This document shows, piece by piece, positions 1 to 11,740 of a DNA stretch of 64,000 bases. The number at the start of each line of letters is the position of its first letter. The first letter of the stretch is position 1. Below the pieces are notes generated by a model. It did no database searches. It saw nothing but the letters and a program-made list of their open reading frames with translations, and had not been told where the DNA came from. Position numbers and translations under genes: made by a program. Source of the stretch: Moniliella sp. 'wahieum' (Eukaryota); contig RSEE01000050.1 of NCBI GenBank assembly GCA_003971905.1, forward strand, positions 1 to 64,000. Direction: 5' to 3'.

Positions 1-377
1 ATTCGCCACACCCCTCGTCATTCACATTTCCTCGTTGCCCCTTCCCCCACCCTCGCCCCACCAGTGCCGTCGGGCCGCGTGCCCAGGGGAGGTCCTGAAA
101 TGGTTCTTGCGTCATGCCCTTGTTCATATACAACGATAGCGGCTGTCATCGCGACAGCCGTCGTTGAAGCGGGGACCAGCTTGTCGCTCTAATTGTATCG
201 TTCTGCTTGTCCGGCAAGAAACTGTCCCCCCACGAGCGCGTGTGTGCCACGAGTCGTATACGAAGAGATGCAAGCCGCGGTAGGTCTACGGGCTAGCTAA
301 ATGGCCTCCTTGCCATTTTGGCCCAAATCTAAGTTGTCTTCCCGTGCTTGCTTGTGCGTTACGTGCGAGTCTAAGGC

Positions 378-1450
378 TCAATATCTTGGGGAACTTGTCA
401 CTGCGGCTGCATCCCGGGAAACGCTGGCAGTCCATTCATCTTGCGGCTGCGCGGCACATATGGCAGCGATCTCGCCGCTCGGGCGTCTCCGAATCCGACC
501 ACTACTGAATAAATCATTCGCCGCCAAGAGGTCCTCGGGGAACTGTCGTGATGGGGACTGGATATGCGATCCTTCCAGCGCGGTGGCGCAGCTTGATGCG
601 TCGAACCGTGTGTTGGCAGTGCGTTCCTCCTCTATGCCCGGAGCAAGAGACGAAAACGCATCGGTCCCATATCCGATGCTCGGGTTGTATTCTTGCATAC
701 GCGTTGGCGTCCACTGAGAACGCTGTTTACGAGCTGCGGAAGAGGGTAGCACAGGTACCAACATCGACGGTACTCCTGGGGTGGTTGACGAATATGAAGG
801 CTAGCAAAGCTCCATCCGCTTGAGAGCCAGACTCCTTCACCCCCTTCGACCAAAGAGCGTCGACGGCTAGCAATAACCGCATTGCATGAGATCATTCCAA
901 AGCCGAAAACGATCATTTGCACGGCCCGACTGAATATCTGCGTCGTGGTTCCCGCTATTAGTCGCGCATGTACGATGAACTCCAGACGTTTTCTGGTATG
1001 ATGTACTAACTTACAGGCCTGGACTACTGGTGTGCAGACCGAAGTGATAACCAAGAATATCTGAGCGCTGGGGCAAGGACGTGGATCAAACCAGTACCCG
1101 CTTTTCATTTATGTGCGAGATGTTAGTGGTTCGGTATCGCTTTGCACTTGGCCGTTCCCCAGTACAATGACGCTGTGGAAGCTGCCAAGACATATACTTC
1201 TAGGCTTTGCCTTGTCTTTGGGCCCATATCCTACTACCGCATATTAGAGCACATTTCCCCTTCTTCTCCCAGATGGGAATCAAGTCCAAGGAAGAGTGGT
1301 GTAGATTGTGCGTCGGCCGGACATTTCGTGTACAAAAGGACGATCTTTGTGCGCCTGACAGCCAACCCTCCGAACACGAACCATTCGACAAATTGGCAAA
1401 GAACAAAGAGTGGAAATGAAAGTGAATTTGCCGTTGATCCCCTCTCACTC
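378..1450 (-). CDS. Possible intron-containing hypothetical (membrane?) protein, fragmented
   Basis: Minus-strand ORFs 632-1108 and 378-764 have hydrophobic stretches (IFLVITSVCTPVVQA; IFSRAVQMIVFGFGMISCNAVIAS). They are separated by a plausible intron: GTAAGT near 1015, ACTAAT branch near 960, CAG near 938. No family motif recognised; boundaries uncertain. Confidence 0.25.
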
Positions 1451-3346
1451 TTCCCCCTGGTTACCTCTCTGTTAGGGAACCCCCCTAAAAGGTTTGGACT
1501 TTGTGGATATACTGACCCTCTTCTCCGACTTGTGCGTGTACCGACGGGCCTGCAGATGCTGACTTGTGAATATACTGTTATGAATCCGATTTGATCCCAC
1601 TAATCATCCCCTGTGGTTCTCCAATGAACCCGTCCCTGAGGGCCTGAACATCGCCCTTTGGGCGACCAGGGCTTGGGATACTGTGACATCTTGGAGAGGA
1701 TGGATGTGTTCGAGGATATGTTGAGCTGGAAAAATGTGGTCTTTCTCCACGCTCCACCTCCAACACGGCCAACGTGACCGACACCGCGTTCCCCTTTCCG
1801 CTTCAACCATAACCCCATTTCTTCCCAAGACGGTCAATTTCGGGCGCGTTACTTGAGGAGAGGGTGGGGGTTTAGAGGGAATCTACAATATCTATCCGAC
1901 TTTTGTCTATCATTGGGGGTATTGGGGTACTATAGGGGTCGTTGGTCGGCCTTCGCCGTGAGGCACAGGGAGGGGGAAGGGGGTGGTCGATATGTTTGTG
2001 GTTCGGTTGGGTGGCTTTTAGCCCGTGGTGAGTACTACTTAGTAGGGCGGATGCAATGGGGTTGCCAACGCGAAAGGGAGAATCTTGCCCGACGGCAGAG
2101 CAACTGCTATATGATGTCCTACTCAGTATAGCATACCTAATGGTTCGTATCTCCCCCTCTGGGTCTCAATACGCACCGTACTCAAACGACAAACCAACGA
2201 AGGAAGAAGCGACCTGCGACCTGAGGTCGGACAGCAGGACGGATTGGGATTGAATTGAATTGAATAGTGACCATCGAACGTTCTGAGCGAGAGATCGTAG
2301 GCAGTATATACGCGCGACGAGAGAGCAGAGAAAGTACAGAGTAGGGTGGGTGCGCCCCCACTGCAGCACCCCGCCGAGGTCAGGGGTATGGACGTATGTA
2401 CGTATGTACGTGTGTATGTACGGTTGGGGTAAGAGTCAGTCAGAGAGGGAAGACCGGTGAGATGGGGACATGGCGGGGGGTGCGACACTACAAGTGGTGA
2501 GTAATATGAGTAGGACGAGCAAGACAGAAGGGTCAAAAGCAGATGAGCGCAAAAGGGGGCCAGGAGCGACCGAGGAAATACGTATCTGCGGCGCGCGGGG
2601 GGGGAACCGGTAAGCGGTAAGGGGCAGCTGACGCCAAGAAACAAGCACGAATAAGAAAGAGGTGAAAACACGGGGGAACCACTGGCGTCGGCTGCGGCAG
2701 CGGTGTGAAATCTAAAGCGCGAGACGGGGGGGACTTAACTGGAGGTACGCCGCGCCGCTAGAGGTCGAGGTGTAGGGCAAGGGTATACGGGGCACACCCC
2801 GTTCACCCCGTTCAGCGCGTTCCCGCTCTCGTTCGCGCGGGAGGCGTAGCGCGGTGTTGATGCCCGCGTGGAGCTCGGCGAGCCAGCAGGCCTGGTCGCT
2901 CGTGGGCCCGGGACCATTGAGGATGAACTGGAGCGGGAGGAGGGGAGGCAGAAGCAATGGGGGTGATGGGGGGCAGGGCAGGGAAGGGGGGGGGGGGTGG
3001 GGCGAGGGGGCGGCAGATACGGTCGATGGGGAAGCTGCGACGATGCGCGTGGGTACGGGAACAGATGCAGATCGAGGAGCGGCGTGCGGAACGACTCGGG
3101 CGGGGCGGAGATAAGGGCGGGCAGCCAAGGCCACCCCCGCAGCCACACTGCTCGCAGAGAGCGGAAATGGGGAGCGCTATTTCTTCTCTGGGGCGCTCCG
3201 CCGCCTAGGGTTGGTCCAAGACAACCCCACCCGCCCCGCCGCTGGGGCAGTCACCCACCCCATCACCATGCCAGCCGCCTCACTCACTATTCACCCGCTC
3301 AGCCCAGCGCAGCCACCATCCTCCGCTCCGTCTCCACTGGCAGCCG

Positions 3347-3480
3347 CATCGCCATCGCCATCTCCATCGCCATCGCCATCGCCATCGCCATCTCCATCAG
3401 CATCCCCAGCACCCCCCGCATCCCCAGCATCCCCAGCATCCCCAGCATCCCCAGCATCCCCAGCATCCCCAGCATCCCAG
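3347..3480 (+). repeat. Compound microsatellite: (CATCGC)n followed by (CATCCCCAG)n
   Basis: Hexamer run then about 7 copies of a 9-mer, read directly, just upstream of ATG 3511. In frame it would encode SPSPSP/PASPASPAS. Confidence 0.85.
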
Positions 3481-3510
3481 CACCCCCCCGCCCCCCCCCA
3501 CCCCCCCAGC

Positions 3511-5937
3511 ATGTCCGTCGCCTCCCGCGCCCCGCGGCCCAGCTTCCGCGCCGGCCCGCGCCCAGCCGGCCTGGCCGACCTCGCCCCGGCTCCGCCGCCC
3601 CGACGACGCCGCCCAGCAGCGCCGCCCGCCCCAGCTCCCGCTCCCGCCCGCTCCTCCAGCCCCGCGAATGGGTCCAGCAGCATGGCGCTGCCCGCCGCGC
3701 TCATCCCCGCGCCGCCGGTGAGTGTGCTGCTGCGCAAGCCCCACCCCAGCTCCGAGGGCACCGATCCCTACCACGACGCGTTTGGTTCGTTCTGTCTGCC
3801 TTCCTTCCCCTCCTCGGCGCTCGAGAGCGGCAGCTCGACGCCTCTCCCGCCGCCCATCAATCCCAACCTGCTCCAAGGCCCGGGCGACCGCTGGGGCCGA
3901 GCGGCTGCGCTCGGCGCTCCAGCTCAGCAAGGGCGGCCAGCGCCGCGGGCGCTGGATCACCGACGAGCCTACGCTCACCACGCACCACCTCAGCGCCAAG
4001 GACGCACATGAGGTTGCGCTGGCGCGGCGTGTGCTGGACGCTGCGCTGCCGTCGCACCAGACGGAGCGGAGAGCGAAGCGAGAAGAAACAGGCTCAAGCG
4101 ACCGTCGAGGCAGCGTTTGAGATTGACGCGGCGGTCGAGTGGTTTGTCACGTCGGTGCCCATCTTGGAGACGAGTCTGGTCCACTTGGACGACCTGGCCC
4201 AGCGCCTCATCGAGGGTGCCGACGTTGCGCTTCCCGGGCGTGGAACGGGCGCAGGCAGAAGCAATGGCGCGCGTGCGCTACCGCGGTGTCGTCATCACCT
4301 CCCAGCGCGCCGTCGAGGCTTACGTTGCTGCTGCCAACATGGCCGCCGACCAGCTGGTGGAGGATGCCATTGCGCGGGGCGCCAAAACGAGTGAGTAAGC
4401 TTCGGTTGTCGTTCCCCTTGTGGCCCACTTACTCTCCCCCCCCTCCTCCCAATCGGTCATTGCGTTGGGAGAGAACAGGGGTCGGTGGCTAACTCTTTCG
4501 GACCCTGTTTTTTGTCTCTCTCTGTTTCTTTTGTGTGTGTGCAGCATACCCCCCTTTTTCAGCGTGGAACCGAATCCCGTTCTTGTTGTTGGCCCGGCTA
4601 CCGAGAAGCAATTGCGCAACTCAGCAATCAATGTCCCCACCCCCTTTCGTCCGCGCACCATTCTCGGTGGCGGTGTGACGCCCAATGCCGAGTCGCTGGC
4701 CAAGTACATTGTTCGCCATTTTGCCGATGTGCCGCCGCAGGGCAGGCCGCTGTCCTACCAAGTCAAGGTCACGCCTCGCCCGGGCTACGAAGACAAAGAA
4801 TGGTTTGGTACAGCGGGTGTGGCCGCGAGCGAAGCGGAGGATCCGTTGATTGAGCCGTTGCTGATGCTGACGGAGACAAGAACCTGCCCACACTGCGCGA
4901 CATGCTGGGTTCGGTCGGACGACATCCCCATCTGTCTCCCCAGGCGCAGCAGGCGCAGGCCCAGACCGGACGTGTGCACCCGACCAAAGAGCTGTGGCAG
5001 TTGGCGCCCGTACCAACGGAGGAGGTGCAGGTGTACGAGACGCACGAGGACCCGGAACTGGACGAGCACCTGCACTCGTTTGTGCAATCCTTGCCCTGCT
5101 ACAAGCCCACCCCAGCCCAGCCAGCTACATTGGCCGAACCGTCAGCTGTCCCGCTTTCGCTTCCGCACCGCTCGGTCCCTCGGGGCTGACCACGACGCGG
5201 AGTCAATCGCAGCCTGCGCTGGAACCACTGGCGCTGGCGGCGGCTACAACCGACGAAGTGGCCGGCCCCTCGGGCGCGACGCCGCCCATGTCGGGACGAC
5301 GACGCAGCCTCAAAGCCACGCGTCTTGCCGAACGGCTGCATGCGATCCACACCTCGCAACGCTCGGGCGGCGATGCTAGCGCAGGCCAGCGGCCGTCGCG
5401 CGTGAGTGGCGGTCGTAGTGGCAGCTTGCCGCCCGGTGCGCTACGGCCTACGGGTCTGACCGCTTGTGCCTTCAGAGCCTGCTGCCGCTGGGGCGGCGGA
5501 GGAAGAGAAGAAAGAGCGGGAGGAGTCGCGGTGGGACTCGGAGGTGCTGGAGAAGGAGATTTCGGATCGGCAGTGGGCCGCAGCAGAAGCCAAGGGCGGG
5601 GTGAACCAGCCGGATTGGATCGTGTCTTCTCGCCGTCGGGGGTACAATATGCGCTGCCGCATCTGCGCCGGCTGGGGTGGCTGCCGCCGGCGCCAGCGGC
5701 TGGTACCCCCGTGCCGTCGATCTCGGACCCGCCCGGCTCGGGCGGGGGCGACCGAAGATTGCCACGCTGGGCGGCACGACCAAGCGCTGGATCCGGGACA
5801 ACCTCAAGTTTTGGCCGGACGCGACGGCGGCGATGCCGACGCCGGCGGAGCTGATGAGCGCCATCTCGGCGGCGCAGCGGCAGACGCGCACGCGTGCGCT
5901 GCGCCAGGCGGCGGCCGACGCTGGGCTGGACGTGTAG
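3511..5937 (+). CDS. HEM4: Uroporphyrinogen-III synthase (HemD/Hem4 family) with long low-complexity insertions
   Basis: Motifs stitched across frames: VLLRKP..DPYHDAF; VPILET; YRGVVITSQRAVEAY; VVGPATEKQL; NAESLAKYI; EEVQVYETHED; DWIV(F)FSPSGVQY; IATLGGTT; AAMPTPAELM. Introns about 4391-4543 and about 5402-5476. Several frameshifts. An alternative upstream ATG lies at 3268. Confidence 0.8.
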
Positions 5938-6391
5938 GGGGGGGGGCGCTGGCGGAGCGAGGGGATGGATCAAGAGGAGAAATGGCATAGGATGTGCGTG
6001 AGCGTGTTGTGTAGGGTGATTAAATATTGATCAGAGATACCCCACGTAGGGTTCGCAGGTGAAATATTGAGGCGGGTGCGGCAGGGGGGAAGCTTTGCAG
6101 AGCACGTGGTGGCCAGCCGCAAAGCCACATGCTTGCCTCGCCTCCACCTGCTCTGCGCCCGCCATGCCCCCGCGCCCCACCGCGCCCGCGCCCCTCCACC
6201 TCCACCTGCCCCGCTGACCGCCACGTCCATCGCCACGCCCACCACCACGCCCCCACCACGACCACCACCACGTCCACCACCACGTCCACCACCACCGCCA
6301 CGTCCACGCCGCCCAGTCGGCCAACACGGGGTGTTGGTGCTCTGCCATGCGCCCTGCCAGCCCCCGCCCCCGCCCCCGCCCGCGTCGCGCT

Positions 6392-9345
6392 ATGTGCCGC
6401 CCACCTGCGCCGCCTCCGTCCCCGGCCCGCCGCCCGACACACTCGCCCCACACACCCACGCCCCCGCCGCTGCAGCCTGCCCCCCTGACCGACACCGCCC
6501 GCCCGCCCCCTCGGCGCCCAGCAGCCCACGCGCCCCCCCCGCACGCAGCCTCGATCCTGGCACGCCGAGTGACGACGCCCCCCCGCTGCTCCCGGCGACC
6601 GACTGGGCCCGAACGAGACCCATCGCTCCCACCCCGTGCGTCTGCTTGCTGTCCGCCCTGACACGCCCGGCGCTGGCCCGACGGTGGCGGTCGTCAAGAG
6701 CCTGGGCCAGGGCGTGTACACGAGCATCTACCTTGTTCGCCAGGTTGCCGGCGCGCCCTTGCCTCGCGCGCTGGAGCCGGCGGCAGTGGACACGGGCCAG
6801 GATACCGTGTTGCTGCTCACGTGCTTGTCCAAATACTACCTCTCCCCGCGCTCTTAGCCGACGAGTTGTCCGACGCCCACTTCCATCTCTCGCTCCCTAT
6901 CCATCCCAACCTGGTCACTCGCTATGCCCTGCTCGATACGCCCCATCATCTCTTTGTTCTCAACGAGCTCGTTCCTGGGCATGATCTGTTTACTTGCTCG
7001 AGCTCAGTGAAACTCGCCCAGCAGAGACGATGTCCGCTGCTTGTACATCTTTGGCCGTTACGGCTCTGCCCGTTCCGCCAGCTGCGCCCGCTGCGCCTCC
7101 CGATCCCGATCCCGATTTGGAAAACCTTGGTGCGTTGGCCTGGCTAGCGGTGACCGAGGGCCCGCTCCTCTTTTCTCCGCCTCGTCTCCGCATCGTGGTC
7201 GACTTATTCGCGCAATTGTGCGACGTGGTGCAAGTCTTGCACGACTGGGACTTGGCCCACCGAGACATCCAGCCGCACAACCTTGTGGCCATGACCGTCG
7301 TACCCACCGGGGCCTCGACGGCATCCGAAGCGCAGCAGACGGAACCAAGGGCGATTCTCAAGCTGATGGGACTGCACCATGCTACTACCGACTCGACGTG
7401 CGATGATGGCGGATGCACTGCCGACGCGTACTTGGCGCCCGAGTGCATAGACGACGGCCATGTGTACGACCCAAAGCAAGCGGACACGTGGGCGTTGGGC
7501 ATAGTGCTACTCAATCTCTTGTTCCATCGGCACCCTTTTCGCCTGGCACGGAGCCAAACGTGTCCGTCGTATGCGTGCTTCGAGTCGGACCCCATCGAGT
7601 TCTCATGCTCGCATTCGACAGCTTGCCCCACCCTGCCGCCTCCTTCCTTGCCCATCACATTCTGCATCCCGACCCGGACAACGGGCGACGGCTACGCAAA
7701 TTGCGCTCTGGGCGCGCACCGTCTTGCTCCCACCCTCCTCGCCTTGTCCGATTCCGACCGCAGCCTATCTCGTGGCGCGGCGATGGGCATCACCTGCCCT
7801 CTGCGCGGACCCCCACCGTTCCCGCTCGCATTCACATTCGCCCGCCACGGTCCCGCTCCCGTCCGCCCGCGGCAGCTCCAACCCTGCCGTGCGGCAAGCC
7901 GAACGCGGAGCTGGCCACACCGGTACGCGGACGTTCGCGTGCGGCGTATTCGGCGGCCGTGTCGGATGACGAAGCGGAGGAAGTGGGGTTGCGCGCGAGC
8001 CAGGTGGACGGAAGTGCGTCTGGGGATGCGGCGTTGCCCAACGGAGAACGGGAGAGTGTCTTGTCGCAAGCATCTTCTGGCCGCCGACGCAAGCGCGGCA
8101 ACCGACGGGCCGCATCGGCGCACAAAGCTCACGTTTCCGCTTCGCGACGCAACTCGAGCGACATGGTCCATCCCGGTCCTGGTGCAGCGTGTCTGCCCCA
8201 GGGCGAGGCTGAGGCCGAAGCGAGCCTGAGCCTGGGACTCGGTCTCGGGCTGACCCCCTCTGCGCCATCGCCTTCCCCCCACCTGTCACCGTCACCCGCC
8301 TCGTCGCGTGGCCCATCACCGCACTGGATCGCGCCTCTGCCAGGCGAAATGCGAGCGAGAGATGCGTCGGTGTACCCCGGTCATTTCCCCGACAAGGCCG
8401 CCCGCGTCTGGGTGCCCATTTGCCCGCGCGGCCCGTGGGTACAGCCGAGGGCAGGATGTCGTTCCAATCGTCCCTGAACGCAGACCAAGCTTCGCTTGGA
8501 TCGGCTGTCGATTGGCTCAGCGGTTCCGGTTCGGCCAGACGGCCAGTACGGCAACCAGTTTGCGTGGCTCCTTGTTGAGCGGGGCGAGTGGCAGTGGCAG
8601 TGGCAGTGGGAATGGGAATGGGAATGGGAATGGGAATGGGAGCCGGTGTCCCCCCCGTGCGCAGGGCGCGGGCGGGACCGGGTCGTGGGCACCGTATTCT
8701 CTAATGCCGACGATGGCGCCTCGATCTATTCCTCGCGTTCGGCCGCCTCGGCTCCTGCTGGTCCCACTGTGCGTAGGTCGCTCGACTCGTCCCATTCCCA
8801 TTCCAACGCCACCACCGCGTCGCGCACGGCCGAGGGCGGGCTGTGGAACCGGAACTGCATCCGATTTCGGAGCTGCGTCCGCGCTCGCTCCACACTGCCT
8901 CGGGCCCCAACACCGCCAAGAGTCGGGGCAAGTCGCGCACGCAACCCGCTTTGGACGCGAGTTACCTCGCGGAAATCTTTGGTTCGACCCGTCCCAGTCC
9001 CACCCACTGGCTCCAGCGTCCGTTCGCTCCCGAACGAATCCCATCGTGCTTCCCGTGCTCCCGCGCCTCCCACACTTCCCACAACTTCCCACACTTCCCA
9101 TGCATCCCACGCATCCCGTGCTTCCTTTCCGTGGCCGCGCCTCCGCCCGCCAATGGTCGACCCGTGGTGGGCCGCGCTGCGCAGAGACCACTAAGCCCCA
9201 CACAGCCACCTCGGTCGCCGATGTCGTGTCCCGCGCCGCACGTCGGCACCCACACCACCCCCTCGCCCCGGGTCAGGGTGCCGAGGGGGGCAACCGTGCG
9301 CTGGCCAAGCTGTTCCGTGCGGGCCGGCGGGACGGACTGTTGTGA
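6392..9345 (+). CDS. Ran1/Pat1-like Ser/Thr kinase-domain protein (predicted pseudokinase) with long disordered C-terminus
   Basis: LGQGVYTSIYLVRQV, HLSLPIHPNLVT, ELVPGHDLF, LFAQLCDVVQVLHD..AHRDIQPHN, YLAPEC, YDPKQADTWALGIVLLNLLFHRHPF. Frameshifted; start uncertain; stop taken at 9345. Confidence 0.75.
8587..8641 (+). repeat. Coding hexamer repeats (GTGGCA)n/(GGGAAT)n
   Basis: Read directly; encodes SGSGSG-NGNGNG in the kinase tail. Confidence 0.7.
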
Positions 9346-9544
9346 GCGCAGGCGAAGCGCGACCCAGTGCCGGGAAGGGGGTGTTGTGGGTGAGGATGGG
9401 GGTGTGGGGGGGGGTGTGTGTAGGTGCGGCAGGAAGGTGGAGTTACCAAATTCTTTGTGCCTCGGCATCGTTTGGATCGCGTTCTGTTCGTCTTGCCTCA
9501 TACCAAACCAACGCAGCCCATTGCATCGCCTACCACTGCCGCTG

Positions 9545-9545
<1 letters not shown>

Positions 9546-9582
<37 letters not shown>
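9546..9582 (+). repeat. (TGCGTC)n microsatellite
   Basis: About 6 copies read directly between the kinase and ERG5. Confidence 0.75.
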
Positions 9583-10088
9583 CTCCTTGGCTGGCTCGCA
9601 GTTGTGGCGCTGGGGGGGTATGTAAGTAGGTAGCAGACAGATCGGCCCAAGACGCCATGCGGCGCCGGCACGACCGACCCAATCGTTTTTTGCTCTTGCT
9701 AGTTACCTACCGTACTAGTCTAGCGCTCATCGTCCGTCCTTCCTTTGCTCGACAACCACCCCCCGCTCCTTTCACGATCCCTTATGGATTCCACCGTCTA
9801 TTTCGCGAACAAATCCGCGGTCGCGATGGGATAGGCCCGCGGGGGAGAGTCACGCTGGTCACAACATTGCTTGGTATGGATTCCATGATAGGGGCGATCA
9901 GCAGGACAAGAGGGCAAGAAGAGCAAGAGGGCAAGGGCAAGGGCATGGCATGTATGAGAGCCAGGAGAGTCCGCGGCGAGACATGAGCACGGCGGAAGGG
10001 CGCTCCGGAAAGAAAGGAAGAGACAGGGGGATGGGTTAGGGAGGGTAAAAAGAGAGAGGGGAGAGGGGCGTTGCAAGGCAAGGTTCGT

Positions 10089-11740
10089 TCATGGCTGAGC
10101 GGCCACCTCGGGGCGGTACGGGCGGCGGGATCGGCGGCGTGGTGAATTTGAGCAAGCAGTCGTCTTTGGGGAAAATGGTGGCAATGATCTTGACCTTTTC
10201 CGACTGGGGGTGACGTGGTGGTGCCAGTTCATCTTGACCGAGCAGCGCCAGGACGGCAGTGAGGTGCATGATGGCGTACTGCTGGCCAATGCAGTTGTGC
10301 AGCCGGCGCCAAAGAGAGGTGGTAGTTGCGGGTCATTTCGGGGCTGTCGCGCCCTTAGCAGGGTCCCAGCGCTCGGGCACGATCTTGTCGGCGTCGGGGT
10401 AGACTTCTTCGTCGTGGAGCGAGTCCCAGAAGGAGGGAATGACCATGGAGCCTTTGGGAGCAGTGTACGAGTCGGAGATGGGGAACGGCTTCTTGGCCAG
10501 GTAAGGGACCATGATCACGGGCGGAGCGACGCGCATGCTCTTTAACGACAGCGCGTGTAGTCCATCTCCTCCAACAGGTCGTAGGTGATGGGTGCATCGA
10601 TGTCATCGCCACGCAGACGGTATCTGCTCCCACGACCTTGCAGAAGCTCAGGGTGGTGTGCCTGGAAGAGGTAGATCAGAGCCGAGGACATGGCATCCTG
10701 ACGCAACAGGAACGAAAGCACGTCATGGCAATCTCACGGTCGTCAAACTCGCGCACCAAAGCGAGACGAGAAGCACGGCTAAGTTCTTACGACTCGCCCT
10801 CGTGTCACGGCGCGCCTCGATCATGTTCTTGATCCAAGCATCAGTCAGGCAGGTCACCTTCGCCGGCCGTCATGGCCTCCTTGCTTTGAGCGACAGCCGA
10901 CATGAGCCACTTCATCATGCGCTTACGGGCCTGAATTGCATTCCATACCTTGGTACCGGGGAGAGGGATAGGGAAGTTGACCAATTCAAGAGCGACCGTG
11001 ATGAGCCAAAACTCGGAACTGATCTGGTCGGCCGCCTCCTGCGGCAGATACTCACCGCAAAAGACGCGCAGGGACGTCTCCATGTTCAGGTCACGGAACG
11101 GGAACATCATCGGCTGTGCATCGGGCGAAGGGTTGGAGAGCCATTTGTCAAAGTACTTGGAGTAGATGCGTTCCTGGATGGTCAGGTAGATGGCGAGAGA
11201 ACGACGGGTAAAGAGCGTGTTGAGGCCCTTGCGGTAATCAACATGGGCCTTGCCGCCGAGGAACACCCTGAGATAAAATGTCAAGTTAGGAAAGAGAGCA
11301 AGAATCAACGAGGGGAGCATGGGGGGAGATATGAGACGTACCAGTTGTCGGGGCACAGGACTTGCTTGGCGGACGCGACGAGGCAGGGCTCAGCAAAGGT
11401 GGGGCTGGTCAGGATCTTGCGGGCAAAGTAGTTGTTGGAGGCAAGGACAATGAAGATGTGGAAGACGGAGGTGACGGAAAGGGGTCCCTGGGCCCATCCT
11501 TTCTTGTAGTTCTCGAGGGTGGGGTGGAGAGAATCAAGAAAACGGCCGATGATGGGGATGGTCCACGGAGCACCGGGGAGGTTGCCCTTCTTGTTGCGGT
11601 AGTTGACCTGCTCAAAGATGAGCAAGGTAGCAAACAGCGCGACCACCGAGACACCAATATTGGGGGGGTGGCGAGCACGAGAGAGGCGCGGCTACAGGGC
11701 CCACGTTGGCGGTCGCCGAGGCGTTGGCGGCAAAGGACAT
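10089..11740 (-). CDS. ERG5: Cytochrome P450 CYP61, sterol C-22 desaturase
   Basis: IPIIGRFLDSLHPTLENYKKGWAQGPLSVTSVFHIFIVLAS; VFLGGKAHVDYRKGLNTLFTRR; ITVALELVNFPIPLPGTKVW; PPVIMVPYLAKK; PERW; heme motif FGAGLHNCIGQQYA near 10280-10315. Intron about 11341-11270. Confidence 0.93.
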
